Origin: Breznakia sp. PF5-3
GTDB taxonomy: Bacteria > Bacillota_I > Bacilli_A > Erysipelotrichales > Erysipelotrichaceae
Direction: 5' to 3'
NCBI RefSeq assembly: GCF_029504745.1
Contig: NZ_JAQFIQ010000007.1
Span: 1-32,000 of the forward strand
DNA length: 32,000 nt
Shown: in pieces, positions 1 through 9,393 of the stretch
How the letters are laid out: each line of letters starts with the position of its first letter
Numbering within the stretch: position 1 is the first letter of the stretch
Position numbers and translations under genes: made by a program
The notes under the pieces: model-generated
Databases searched by the model: none
Seen by the model: the letters and a program-made list of their open reading frames with translations, nothing else
Told to the model about the DNA's origin: nothing

Positions 1-99
1 AAACGAATCTATTATCTATTAATTAGAGTGTAAATGCAATCGATATTGAAGGCGATGCTTCTGTTTGATTACATTACATATTATACGAGGAGGAAGTTT

Positions 100-507
100 A
101 TGAGTGAAAAGGAAAAGCGTATAGAACCAACTGAAATCGATGTAGAAAAGATGTTAGGTGATAGTTATGCTATATGGCTACAACTTTGTGAACATCATGA
201 AAAGCTTGATAATATATCATATGAATGGAAAATGTATACTAAAAAAGTAGGTTGGACAATGCTTATTAAGCAAAAGAAGAGAACATTATATTATATGATT
301 CCTAGCCTAGATAAATTTATGGTTTCTTTTGTATTTGGTGAACGTGCTGTACAAGTGATAAGTGAAAGTGAAATTGACAAAGCTTTAATTGAACAACTTT
401 TAAATGCAAGAAAATATATGGAAGGTAGAGGATTGCAGGTTGAAGTGGAAAATAATCATATGCTTGATGATATCATTCATCTGATTCAAATTAAAATAGA
501 GAATTAA
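100..507 (+). CDS. DUF3788-like small protein
   Basis: ORF 34..507. The internal ATG at 100 follows AGGAGG (89-94), so the upstream 22 codons are probably not translated. The pattern EWKMYTKKVGWTMLIKQKKRTLYYMIP...FVFGERAV resembles DUF3788 family proteins, recalled from memory. Confidence 0.5.
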   Translation: MSEKEKRIEPTEIDVEKMLGDSYAIWLQLCEHHEKLDNISYEWKMYTKKVGWTMLIKQKKRTLYYMIPSLDKFMVSFVFGERAVQVISESEIDKALIEQLLNARKYMEGRGLQVEVENNHMLDDIIHLIQIKIEN

Positions 508-582
508 ATTACATTATGTGAATGTGTATAGGAGATAGAGAAATAATGATATAATACTCTTAATAATAAGGAAGGTGAAGAT

Positions 583-1839
583 ATGAAAATAGGTTATGCA
601 AAAGTTGATATTACTCCAGATGTGGGAGTATCATTAGCTGGTTACATAGAGGATAGAAAATCAGAGGGTATACATTCACCATTATATGCAAAAGCATTGG
701 TCTTAAAACATTGGCGTAAAACCTATCTTTGGTTATCGCTTGATTTAATTGCAATTGATCATGTGTTTTTAGTGCGTTTCAAAGAAGAATTGAAAAAACA
801 TCATTTTCATTTTGAAGATATTGAAGTCTTTGCAACACATACCCATTCAGGGCCATGTGGAACATGCGAAGTAGGTGCATTTGCAGATGTTTTTGGTGAA
901 GTTGATCATGAATATATAAAGCAAGTAGCCATCAAAAGTGTACATGCAGTAAAAGAAGCGATGATGGATTTTGGGAAATTCAAACTAAGTATTGCCCAAA
1001 GTGAGTTGAAAAATTTTGCGACAAGTCGACATAATAAAGATATTTTAATTCCCAATACATTAACGACGATTTTGTTTACTAGAGATAAAAAGAAAGAAGA
1101 TATTTTACTTTATCATTTTGCATGCCATCCAACGGTATTGCATCATGAGAACAAGGAAATTTCTTCTGATTTTGTAGGTTGTATCGAAGAACGTTTAAAA
1201 GAACAATATTCAAACGTAATGTTCTTGAATGGATCTTGTGGAAATATAAGTACTCGTTTCACAAGAAAAGAATCTAGTTTTGAGGAATTGGAAAGATTGG
1301 CATCGGTAGCAGTAAAACAAATTTCCACTACTTTAAAAACAAGCAAACCAATCGAGATAAATAAATATAAGGCATATCATTATACTTATGATTTAAAAAA
1401 ACGTGAATTGGAAAGTGAAGTAGAAGCAAAGCAAAAATTGGATGAAACAAAAGCAAAGCTTGAAGCTGGAATCAAGGAAGGCTTAACACCACAGGCATTG
1501 CGATTATTAGAATCATATTATGAAGGTGCACAAGCAAATTACCGCTTAATCATACATGATGATGGTGCACCATCATCAGAAATTCATTTGGCGATTATTC
1601 AATTTGGTGATTATTATGTGGTTTGTGTTCCTGCTGAATTGTTTCATTCATTAGAAGAAAAAATTGAATGTGATCATTGCATAGTGATTAATTATGCAAA
1701 TGGATATCATGCGTATATTGCAGATCAAGAAGCTTATGAACAGGAATATTATGAATCGATGATGAGTTATTATGCATCAGGAGAGGGTGAAAAGATGATT
1801 GCATATATCAATCAAAAATTAAAGGAATTGCATACATAA
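583..1839 (+). CDS. neutral/alkaline ceramidase-like N-terminal-domain hydrolase (uncharacterised bacterial family)
   Basis: 418-aa ORF with RBS AAGGAAGGTGAAG upstream. The N-terminus MKIGYAKVDITP..GVSLAGY and the HTHSGP motif are typical of bacterial neutral-ceramidase-superfamily proteins. Confidence 0.5.
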   Translation: MKIGYAKVDITPDVGVSLAGYIEDRKSEGIHSPLYAKALVLKHWRKTYLWLSLDLIAIDHVFLVRFKEELKKHHFHFEDIEVFATHTHSGPCGTCEVGAFADVFGEVDHEYIKQVAIKSVHAVKEAMMDFGKFKLSIAQSELKNFATSRHNKDILIPNTLTTILFTRDKKKEDILLYHFACHPTVLHHENKEISSDFVGCIEERLKEQYSNVMFLNGSCGNISTRFTRKESSFEELERLASVAVKQISTTLKTSKPIEINKYKAYHYTYDLKKRELESEVEAKQKLDETKAKLEAGIKEGLTPQALRLLESYYEGAQANYRLIIHDDGAPSSEIHLAIIQFGDYYVVCVPAELFHSLEEKIECDHCIVINYANGYHAYIADQEAYEQEYYESMMSYYASGEGEKMIAYINQKLKELHT

Positions 1840-1840
1840 A

Positions 1841-1866
1841 GAGAATGGAAACATTCTTTTTTTTGT
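1841..1866 (+). terminator. rho-independent terminator
   Basis: GAGAATG-GAAA-CATTCTC-like stem (gagaatggaaacattc) followed by a T8 run directly after the stop codon. Confidence 0.7.
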
Positions 1867-1955
1867 AAAAAATGAAAGGGGATAAGAAAAAAGAGTCATT
1901 TGCTTGGCATTCTATAAATTTGCGATAGAATAAAAATTATAAGGAGGACTTTAAG

Positions 1956-3944
1956 ATGAACACACAAGATCAAATGATAATTGATACCTTACGCATGCTA
2001 TCTATAGATATGGTTGAAAAAGCAAATTCTGGACATCCAGGAATGCCGATGGGTGCAGCACCAATAGCATATACATTGTTTTCTAAGAATATGAAAGTGA
2101 GCCCCAATCATCCTGATTGGTTTAATCGTGATCGCTTTGTGTTATCAGCAGGCCATGGTTCAGCCTTACTATATAGTATTCTGCATCTGTATGGATATGG
2201 TCTTTCAATAGTGGATTTGAAAGCCTTTCGACAACTTCATAGTAAGACACCTGGACATCCAGAGTATCGTCAAACCAAAGGTGTTGATGCCACAACAGGA
2301 CCACTAGGACAGGGGATTGCTATGGCTGTAAGAATGGCATTGGCAGAACATCATTTGGCTGCAAAATATAATAAAGAGGATATATCCGTGATTGACCATT
2401 ACACATATGCTATTTGTGGAGATGGAGATTTAATGGAAGGAGTTGCTAGTGAAGCTGCTTCCTTGGCAGGACATTTACAATTGGGAAAGTTGATTCTTTT
2501 ATATGATTCCAATGATATTTCCTTAGATGGAGATTTAGCGATGTCTTTTTCAGAGGATGTGAAAAAACGTTTTGATGCATATCATTGGCAAGTGTTACAT
2601 GTAGAAGATGGGAATGATGTCGATGCGATTGATGAAGCAATCAAAGCAGCCCAAAAAGAAACCAGACCTACCTTGATTGAAGTAAAAACAACCATTGGAT
2701 ATGGTTCCCCAAATAAAGGAGGAACGGCGTTGAGTCATGGTTCACCTTTAGGGCAAGAAGAGGTAGCATTGGTAAGAGAAAAATATGGTTGGAAATATGC
2801 ACCTTTTGAAGTTCCTAAAGAAGTTAAGGAAGTACTTTTAACGTATCCAAGAGCAGGAAATCAAGAGGTAGCGCAGTGGGAAGCAACCCTTCAACAATAT
2901 AAGGAAAAATATCCAGATGATTACAAGGAGTTAAAACGAGTAATCCAAGGTGTGTTGCCAAAAGATTATGATGCATTCTTACCAAATTATCAAATTGAGG
3001 ATGGCAAAATTGCAACACGTAGTGCTTCAGGAGCAATCATTAATGCACTCGCTGAAAAAGTTCCCGAATTCTTTGGTGGTTCTGCAGATTTAGGTGGATC
3101 TAATAAAACGTTTATAAAAAAAGAAGGCGCTTATCGTAACACAACGCCAAAGAATCGTAATATTTGGTATGGGGTTCGTGAGTTTGGAGAAGCAGCAATG
3201 ATGAATGGAATATCTTTACATGGTGGTTTAAAACCTTTTGGGGCAACTTTCTTTGTGTTCTCTGATTATATGCGGGCAGCCATTCGTCTAGCAGCACTTA
3301 TGCAATTACCAGTAATTTATGTATTTACACATGACAGTATTGCGGTTGGTGAAGATGGTCCTACCCATGAACCAATTGAACAACTTGCATCTTTAAGAGC
3401 AATGCCTAATTTAAATGTCATTCGTCCTGCGGATGCAAAAGAATGTGTAGCAGCATGGAAAGAAGCAATGACAGCTACACAACCAACAGCACTTATCTTA
3501 TCACGTCAGCCATTACCTATTTTAGATGTAAAACAAGAAGTTATAAATAAAGGTGTTAAAGCTGGTGCTTATCTTGTTCGTAAAGCGAAAAAACAAGCAG
3601 CAGCAATTCTTATTGCAACGGGTTCTGAAGTAGCTTTGGCATTGGATGTTCAAAAGGAATTGTTAGATAGAAACATTGATGTTAGTGTAGTGAGTATGCC
3701 AAGTTGGAAAAATTTCAAATCCCTAAACCCACAAGAGCAAGAACGATTGTTACCAAAAGATTCTATTAAAATATCGATTGAGGCAGCTTCTACCTTAGGC
3801 TGGCATGAGTTTGTAGGAGATAGAGGGTTAGTGATAGGGTTAGATCATTTCGGTGCTTCAGCACCTGCAAAAGACATATTTGAAGAATTTGGTTTTACAG
3901 TACCTAAGATTACCAATCGTATTATTACTCATTTAAGAAAATAA
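1956..3944 (+). CDS. tkt: transketolase
   Basis: 662 aa with RBS AAGGAGG. Contains [12 protein letters not shown] and the TPP-binding motif GDGDLMEG...N. The length and C-terminal domain are typical of Tkt. Confidence 0.95.
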   Translation: MNTQDQMIIDTLRMLSIDMVEKANSGHPGMPMGAAPIAYTLFSKNMKVSPNHPDWFNRDRFVLSAGHGSALLYSILHLYGYGLSIVDLKAFRQLHSKTPGHPEYRQTKGVDATTGPLGQGIAMAVRMALAEHHLAAKYNKEDISVIDHYTYAICGDGDLMEGVASEAASLAGHLQLGKLILLYDSNDISLDGDLAMSFSEDVKKRFDAYHWQVLHVEDGNDVDAIDEAIKAAQKETRPTLIEVKTTIGYGSPNKGGTALSHGSPLGQEEVALVREKYGWKYAPFEVPKEVKEVLLTYPRAGNQEVAQWEATLQQYKEKYPDDYKELKRVIQGVLPKDYDAFLPNYQIEDGKIATRSASGAIINALAEKVPEFFGGSADLGGSNKTFIKKEGAYRNTTPKNRNIWYGVREFGEAAMMNGISLHGGLKPFGATFFVFSDYMRAAIRLAALMQLPVIYVFTHDSIAVGEDGPTHEPIEQLASLRAMPNLNVIRPADAKECVAAWKEAMTATQPTALILSRQPLPILDVKQEVINKGVKAGAYLVRKAKKQAAAILIATGSEVALALDVQKELLDRNIDVSVVSMPSWKNFKSLNPQEQERLLPKDSIKISIEAASTLGWHEFVGDRGLVIGLDHFGASAPAKDIFEEFGFTVPKITNRIITHLRK

Positions 3945-3968
3945 AAAAGGATGCATCTGCATCCTTTT
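3945..3968. terminator. bidirectional rho-independent terminator shared by tkt (+) and csp (-)
   Basis: AAAA-GGATGC-atct-GCATCC-TTTT. A-run and T-run flank a perfect 6-bp GC-rich stem between the convergent genes. Confidence 0.75.
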
Positions 3969-3979
3969 GGTCTTTTGTC

Positions 3980-4180
3980 TTATACAACTTCAACATTTAT
4001 TGCTTTATCACCGCGAGTATCTGTTTCAATATCAAATTTCACGTAATCGCCTTCTTTTAAAGATTTGAAACCTTCACTTGCAATACCTGAGAAGTGAACG
4101 AATACATCTTTACCTGCGTCGGTAGTGATAAACCCAAAACCTTTTTCATCGTTAAAGAATTTTACTTTTCCTGATTCCAT
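3980..4180 (-). CDS. csp: cold-shock protein (CspA family)
   Basis: 66 aa with RNP1 KGFGFI and RNP2 VFVHF motifs. GGAGG RBS upstream on the minus strand. Confidence 0.95.
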   Translation of the reverse strand: MESGKVKFFNDEKGFGFITTDAGKDVFVHFSGIASEGFKSLKEGDYVKFDIETDTRGDKAINVEVV

Positions 4181-4258
4181 TATTAAGACCTCCTAACTAT
4201 AATATAAGAAGTCTAAACCCAAAATGCTTTGATCAAAGTACAACTTAATTACGTGATT

Positions 4259-4287
4259 ATAATAACATAAGTTCATCTGATAAGCAA
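4259..4287 (-). promoter_or_regulatory. putative sigma-A promoter of csp with ~70-nt 5' UTR
   Basis: The minus strand reads TTGCTT-N17-TATTAT, preceded by TG (TGtTATTAT). A long leader is typical of csp genes. Confidence 0.4.
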
Positions 4288-4329
4288 ATTATTTCGTTTT
4301 ATGTATAATTAAAGAGAAGGAGTATTGCA

Positions 4330-4596
4330 ATGAAAACATATAAATTTGAAGCAGTTATTAAAAAGGTACCTGACATTGATGGTGCTTATGTGGAAATACC
4401 ATTTGATGTGAAAGCAGAATTTAATAAAGGTAGAGTTCCTGTTCATGCTACCTTTGATGGTGAACCATATGATGGTAGCTTGGTTAGAATGAAAACAGTA
4501 AACCATATTATTGGAATTCGTAAAGATATTCGTAAAAAGATAAATAAGCAACCTGGGGATAGGGTGCTTGTAACCCTTGTGGAGCGTAGTAAATAG
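4330..4596 (+). CDS. DUF1905 domain protein
   Basis: 88 aa with RBS GAAGGAG. Starts [10 protein letters not shown]..., and [10 protein letters not shown]...G.VPV..TFDG.PY.GSLV is the DUF1905 beta-barrel pattern. Confidence 0.6.
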   Translation: MKTYKFEAVIKKVPDIDGAYVEIPFDVKAEFNKGRVPVHATFDGEPYDGSLVRMKTVNHIIGIRKDIRKKINKQPGDRVLVTLVERSK

Positions 4597-4607
4597 GAGA
4601 AGATAAA

Positions 4608-4880
4608 ATGAAAATACAAAGAAAAACAAAAGCTATCATCTATGTAGATGAACATGGAAAAGAACTAGCAGCATTAGAGTATAAAGAACATCAAAATGTA
4701 TATTATTTGATGAGCACCTATGTGGATCCTTCACTACGAGGACAAGGGATAGCAGGGAAACTATTAGATGAACTTATTGTCTTGTTGGAAGAAAAGGGAG
4801 CAACGGCTTCACCAGTGTGTTCTTATAGTGTTTCTTGGTTTCAAAAACATCCTGAATACGAAAAATATTTGAAGAAGTAA
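4608..4880 (+). CDS. small GNAT-like N-acetyltransferase (YjdJ-type)
   Basis: 90 aa with RBS AGGAGAAG. PSLRGQGIAGKLLDE matches GNAT motif A (R/Q-x-x-G-x-G/A). Confidence 0.6.
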   Translation: MKIQRKTKAIIYVDEHGKELAALEYKEHQNVYYLMSTYVDPSLRGQGIAGKLLDELIVLLEEKGATASPVCSYSVSWFQKHPEYEKYLKK

Positions 4881-4920
4881 AAAAGTCATAATGCTTAATT
4901 AATAGGCATTATGACTTTTT
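4881..4920. terminator. bidirectional terminator between GNAT (+) and aconitase (-)
   Basis: AAAAGTCATAATGC ... GCATTATGACTTTTT. Perfect 14-bp arms flanked by A-run and T-run. Confidence 0.8.
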
Positions 4921-4922
4921 CT

Positions 4923-6839
4923 TTATTCGTTAGTATTCTTTATATGATTTAATGTTCCACCAGCTTTGATAAGCTCAATATCTAAGTTACTTAGATGATG
5001 GTCTACAAGATATTGTTTATCCTTTGTAGTATTTAAGATTTGGATTGGCTTTCCAACTTCTAAGTGATCTAAATCATTGATGTGTAATTCATCCATTTCA
5101 TCAATTGTATCGTAATCTATTTCGTTTTGGAAAGTTAAAGGTAAGATTCCAAAATTTATAAGGTTTGCACGATGGATACGAGCAAAGCTTTTCGCTATAA
5201 CAGCTTTAATTCCCAAATACATTGGTGCTAATGCTGCATGTTCTCTTGAAGAACCTTGTCCATAGTTATGACCAGCAACAATATACCCTCCGCCATACTC
5301 TTTACATACATCATGGAAATCAGCTTTGTTATTCATAAAGATAAATTCTGATATCTTTTCAATGTTTGAACGATATGGTAATACTTTTGCACCAGCAGGA
5401 GCAATATGATCAGTTGTAATATTATCTTCTACTTTAATCATAACCCGTTTATGAATTTTATCATCCAATGGATTATTAATTGGCAATGGTTTAATGTTTG
5501 GTCCACGAACGATTTCTTTGCTCTTATCACAATCTGGTTTAATGATCATAGAATCATCAATCATGAATGTTTCGGGCTCTTCAACGATTTCAAAATCAAA
5601 TTTACGAGGATCACTAATAACACCATTGATAGCACTTACAGCAGCTACTTCTGGTGATACTAGACATACTTTTGCACTTAAAGTACCACTACGTCCATAG
5701 AAATTACGATTGAAGGTTCTAAGGGATAAAGCATTGGTAATTGGAGATTGTCCCATTCCAATACATGGACCACATGTTGATTCTAAGATTCTAGCTCCAC
5801 TTGCAATCATATTGGATAAAGAACCATTTTTGGTAATCATTTGTAACACTTGTTTACTACCAGGACTAATTACTAGACTGACATTAGGATTTACAGTGTT
5901 GTTCTTTAAAATATTACCAACTGTTGTAAGATCTAAATATGATGAATTGGTACAAGATCCAATTGCTACTTGATCAACCTTTAAGCCTTCTACTTCACTA
6001 ATGTTTTGTACATTATCAGGAGAATGAGGCATTGCAATCATTGGTTCTAGTGTGTTTAAATCAATTTCATAAGTTTCATCATAAACTGCATCCTCATCTG
6101 CATGTAATTCCACATATACATCTTCACGATGTTGTTTTTTAAGAAATTCATAAGTTACTTCATCACTTGGAAAGATGGATGTTGTTGCTCCTAATTCAGC
6201 ACCCATGTTACAGATTGTAGCACGTTGAGGAATGGTTAATGAGCGTACTCCATCACCTGTATATTCAATGATCTTACCAACTCCACCTTTGACACTCATA
6301 AGTTGTAATACTTTTAAGATGATGTCTTTACTAGATACACCTTTTGATAGCTTTCCACTTAGTTTTACATTTACAACTTTTGGAGCGGTAAGAAAGAATG
6401 GTCTTCCTGCCATGGCACAAGCAACATCTAAACCACCAGCACCCATAGCGATACTACCAACACCACCAGCGGTTGGTGTGTGTGAGTCACTTCCTAATAA
6501 TGTTTTTCCTGGTGCTGCAAAACGTTCTAAATGAACTTGATGACAGATTCCATTTCCTGGTTTTGAAAAATAAATACCATATGCATTTGCCACCGTTTGT
6601 AAATATTTGTGATCATCTGCATTTTCAAAACCACTTTGTAAGGTATTGTGATCCACATAACTGATAGATAGATCCGTTTTTACTTTATCGATACCCATTG
6701 CTTCCAGTTGTAGATAAGCCATTGTACCTGTTGCATCTTGGGTTAATGTTTGGTCAATTCGAATTCCAATTTGTTCTCCTTTTTTATAAGATCCTTCAAC
6801 TAAATGATCTTTTAAAATTTTTTCGCAAAGTGTTGCCAT
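4923..6839 (-). CDS. acn: aconitate hydratase (short ~640-aa type)
   Basis: 638 aa. Carries the Fe-S ligand motifs DSHT, GSCTNSS and CGPCIGMGQ, plus a C-terminal swivel domain (GHNYGQGSSREHAA). AAGGAGG RBS upstream. Confidence 0.9.
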   Translation of the reverse strand: MATLCEKILKDHLVEGSYKKGEQIGIRIDQTLTQDATGTMAYLQLEAMGIDKVKTDLSISYVDHNTLQSGFENADDHKYLQTVANAYGIYFSKPGNGICHQVHLERFAAPGKTLLGSDSHTPTAGGVGSIAMGAGGLDVACAMAGRPFFLTAPKVVNVKLSGKLSKGVSSKDIILKVLQLMSVKGGVGKIIEYTGDGVRSLTIPQRATICNMGAELGATTSIFPSDEVTYEFLKKQHREDVYVELHADEDAVYDETYEIDLNTLEPMIAMPHSPDNVQNISEVEGLKVDQVAIGSCTNSSYLDLTTVGNILKNNTVNPNVSLVISPGSKQVLQMITKNGSLSNMIASGARILESTCGPCIGMGQSPITNALSLRTFNRNFYGRSGTLSAKVCLVSPEVAAVSAINGVISDPRKFDFEIVEEPETFMIDDSMIIKPDCDKSKEIVRGPNIKPLPINNPLDDKIHKRVMIKVEDNITTDHIAPAGAKVLPYRSNIEKISEFIFMNNKADFHDVCKEYGGGYIVAGHNYGQGSSREHAALAPMYLGIKAVIAKSFARIHRANLINFGILPLTFQNEIDYDTIDEMDELHINDLDHLEVGKPIQILNTTKDKQYLVDHHLSNLDIELIKAGGTLNHIKNTNE

Positions 6840-6865
6840 ATATGTCCTCCTTTATTTTGATACCT

Positions 6866-6874
6866 ATTATATCA
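6866..6874 (-). promoter_or_regulatory. extended -10 promoter for aconitase
   Basis: The minus strand reads TGaTATAAT ~20 nt upstream of the RBS. It sits inside the ATTAT-atc-ATAAT palindrome. Confidence 0.45.
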
Positions 6875-6903
6875 TAATTTTTCTTAGTTTTTTTAATGAA
6901 TAA

Positions 6904-6912
6904 TGGTATAAT
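6904..6912 (+). promoter_or_regulatory. extended -10 promoter for citrate synthase/icd
   Basis: TGgTATAAT ~30 nt upstream of ATG 6944. It is embedded in the perfect palindrome ATGGTATA-atc-TATACCAT (6903-6921). Confidence 0.45.
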
Positions 6913-6943
6913 CTATACCATATAAACTTTGGGGGTGAGAAAA

Positions 6944-8284
6944 ATGAACGATTGTATTAAGCAATTTTTTGAAAAAACAAAAGAAATAGGGAAAATTGAA
7001 AATCATTTATACAAAGAATATTCAGTGAAAAACGGTCTTCGTAATGAAGATGGTACAGGTGTTCTTGTAGGTCTTACAAAGATCAGTGATGTAGTTGGAT
7101 ATTGTCGCGAATGTGATACCAAAGTAGATATGCCAGGAGAATTATATTATCGTGGGATTGATGTTAAGGATATCATTGCAAATGCATCAAAGCGCAATGC
7201 TGATGTATTTGAAGAAGTATGTTTTCTAATTTTGTTTGGATATTTACCAAATGTAGAAGAATTTGAAATCTTTAAAAACGAATTGCATAAAAAATATGCA
7301 TTACCAAAAGGCTTTTTAGAAAATAAAATATTGCGTTCACCAACACATAATTTAATGAATAAACTGCAACAGGATGTTTTAACATTATATGCATATGATA
7401 AAACACCAGATGATGTAAGTGTTGATCATATTCTTGATCAAGGATTGCATATTGTATCAAAGGTACCAAGTTTGATCTGTTATAATTATCAAAGTAAGAT
7501 TCATTATTTTGATGAACAGAGTATGTTTATTCATCATGTTGATCCAAGCTTATCATTTGCGCAAAATATTTTACAAATGATTCGTCCTGATCGCAAATTT
7601 ACAGATATAGAAGCAATGGTTTTAGATATTGCACTAGTGTTACATGCAGACCATGGTGGAGGAAATAATTCAACTTTTGTGAATGTTGTAATGTCAAGTA
7701 GTGGTACCGATATTTATTCTTCATTTGCGGGAGCGATAGGTTCTTTGAAAGGTCCAAAACATGGAGGAGCAAATTTAAAAGTTTGTGGTATGATGGAACA
7801 AGTAATCGAAACGATAGGGTATAGTGAAGATGAAGATGAAATCAGAGCGATTATCAAGCGTCTATTAAATAAAGATTTCTATGATCAAAGCGGTCTTGTC
7901 TATGGAATGGGACATGCTGTTTATACGATTAGTGATCCACGTAGTGAAGTTTTATGTGATGCAGCTTATAAACTTGCTAAAGAAAAGCAGATGCTAAAAG
8001 AATATAAATTTTATAAACGTTTTGAAGAAGTTGCCAAAGAAGTTATCTATGAGCATAAAGGAATTCGTTGTTCTAGTAATGTGGATTTCTATAGTGGATT
8101 TGTTTATGAAATGCTGAATATTCCTAAAGATATGTATACCTTATTATTTGTTTGTGCAAGAACGATAGGTTGGTTAGCACATAATATTGAAAGTCAATTG
8201 TATAGTGGTAAAATCGTTCGTCCTGCAACAAAATATGTTGGCGAACTACAAGAATATGTAGAACTAGAAAAAAGAGGAGAATAA
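6944..8284 (+). CDS. citrate synthase
   Basis: The ORF track starts at TTG 6929, but ATG 6944 follows GGGGGTGAG. Motifs HADHGGGNNSTF, GPKHGGAN, GMGHAVY and DFYSG are citrate-synthase active-site signatures. Confidence 0.9.
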   Translation: MNDCIKQFFEKTKEIGKIENHLYKEYSVKNGLRNEDGTGVLVGLTKISDVVGYCRECDTKVDMPGELYYRGIDVKDIIANASKRNADVFEEVCFLILFGYLPNVEEFEIFKNELHKKYALPKGFLENKILRSPTHNLMNKLQQDVLTLYAYDKTPDDVSVDHILDQGLHIVSKVPSLICYNYQSKIHYFDEQSMFIHHVDPSLSFAQNILQMIRPDRKFTDIEAMVLDIALVLHADHGGGNNSTFVNVVMSSSGTDIYSSFAGAIGSLKGPKHGGANLKVCGMMEQVIETIGYSEDEDEIRAIIKRLLNKDFYDQSGLVYGMGHAVYTISDPRSEVLCDAAYKLAKEKQMLKEYKFYKRFEEVAKEVIYEHKGIRCSSNVDFYSGFVYEMLNIPKDMYTLLFVCARTIGWLAHNIESQLYSGKIVRPATKYVGELQEYVELEKRGE

Positions 8285-8286
8285 AA

Positions 8287-9285
8287 ATGAAAAACATTAC
8301 AGTATTAAAAGGCGATGGAATCGGTCCTGAAATTTGTAAAGAAGTTGTTCGTATTTTAGAAGTATTAAATTTAGATTTAAACTTTGAACTTCATGAAGTT
8401 GGTGAAGCATGTTATGAAAAAACTGGAGCTTTGATTCCTCAAAGTGTATTTGATTCTATTGAAAAAAATAAAGTGGTATTAAAAGCACCAATTACAACAC
8501 CTATTGGTAAAGGGTTTAAAAGTTTAAATGTACAATTACGTAATAAATATGATTTGTATGCGAATATTCGCCCTGCAAAATCAATGCCAAATGTGAAAAC
8601 ACCATTTGAAAATATTGATATTATTACATTTAGAGAGAACACAGAAGATTTATACATTGGACAAGAAGAAATGATTGATGAAAATACAGTTCATGCGATT
8701 AAGCTTATTACAAGAAAAGCAAGTGAGAGAATTATTCGTGCAGCCTTTGAATATGCAATTAAAAATAATCGCAAGAAGGTAACTTGTGTTCATAAAGCAA
8801 ACATTTTGAAGCAAAGTGATGGAATGTTCTTACGTATCTTTAATGAAATAAAAGCAGATTATCCACAAATTGAAGCAAACGATATGATTGTTGATAATAC
8901 ATGTATGCAATTGGTTATGAGGCCAGAGCAATTTGATATTATGGTTATGCCAAACTTATATGGTGATATCGTATCGGATCTAACAAGTGGTTTAATTGGT
9001 GGGTTAGGGTTATTGCCTAGTAGTAATTTAGGAGATGACTTTGCAATGTTTGAAGCAGTACATGGAAGTGCTCCAGATATTGCAGGACAAAACAAAGCAA
9101 ATCCAATCGCTTTATTATTAGCAGCATGTTTAATGTTGGATTATTTGGGATATGAAAAAGAGGCAGGTGCAATCCGCAATGCAATCGATGAAGTCTTGAT
9201 TGAAAATAAAGTCAGAACGGCTGATTTAGGTGGTACAAGCTCAACAACTGAATTTGGGGATGCGATTATCGCAAAACTAGCATAA
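8287..9285 (+). CDS. icd: NAD-dependent isocitrate dehydrogenase (isocitrate/isopropylmalate dehydrogenase family)
   Basis: 332 aa. LYANIRP, FRENTEDLYIG and NLYGDIVSD are beta-decarboxylating dehydrogenase motifs. The gene starts 2 nt after the citrate synthase stop, with the RBS inside it. Confidence 0.8.
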   Translation: MKNITVLKGDGIGPEICKEVVRILEVLNLDLNFELHEVGEACYEKTGALIPQSVFDSIEKNKVVLKAPITTPIGKGFKSLNVQLRNKYDLYANIRPAKSMPNVKTPFENIDIITFRENTEDLYIGQEEMIDENTVHAIKLITRKASERIIRAAFEYAIKNNRKKVTCVHKANILKQSDGMFLRIFNEIKADYPQIEANDMIVDNTCMQLVMRPEQFDIMVMPNLYGDIVSDLTSGLIGGLGLLPSSNLGDDFAMFEAVHGSAPDIAGQNKANPIALLLAACLMLDYLGYEKEAGAIRNAIDEVLIENKVRTADLGGTSSTTEFGDAIIAKLA

Positions 9286-9286
9286 G

Positions 9287-9318
9287 AAACTTAGGTATTT
9301 AAATACTTAAGTTTTTAT
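9287..9318 (+). terminator. rho-independent terminator after icd
   Basis: AAACTTAGGTATTT/AAATACTTAAGTTT hairpin (one G-U pair) followed by a TTTTATT tail. Confidence 0.65.
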
Positions 9319-9393
9319 TATTTATGAAAACAATAATGAAATATTTGCCTTTTTCTAGTATGATATAAGGTAATAGCAGTTTTTAGGGGGAAC

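Noticed and set aside
34-99. 5' extension of the first ORF (MQSILKAMLLFDYITYYTRRKF...)
   Set aside because: A strong AGGAGG RBS sits immediately before the internal ATG at 100. The extension has no RBS and looks like promoter or leader sequence.
4309-4655. Minus-strand ORFs (106 aa and 70 aa) antisense to the DUF1905 and GNAT genes
   Set aside because: They have low-complexity Phe/Ile/Leu/Asn-rich translations typical of shadow ORFs in AT-rich DNA. They have no RBS, and they overlap well-supported + strand genes.
5406-6664. Several + strand ORFs (63-100 aa) inside the aconitase gene
   Set aside because: They are antisense shadow ORFs within a highly conserved minus-strand CDS, with no RBS and no recognisable motifs.
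4923-9285. Aconitase, citrate synthase and isocitrate dehydrogenase cluster as something novel
   Set aside because: This is the ordinary oxidative TCA branch supplying 2-oxoglutarate, common in anaerobic Bacillota. Only the promoter-region dyads merit a note.
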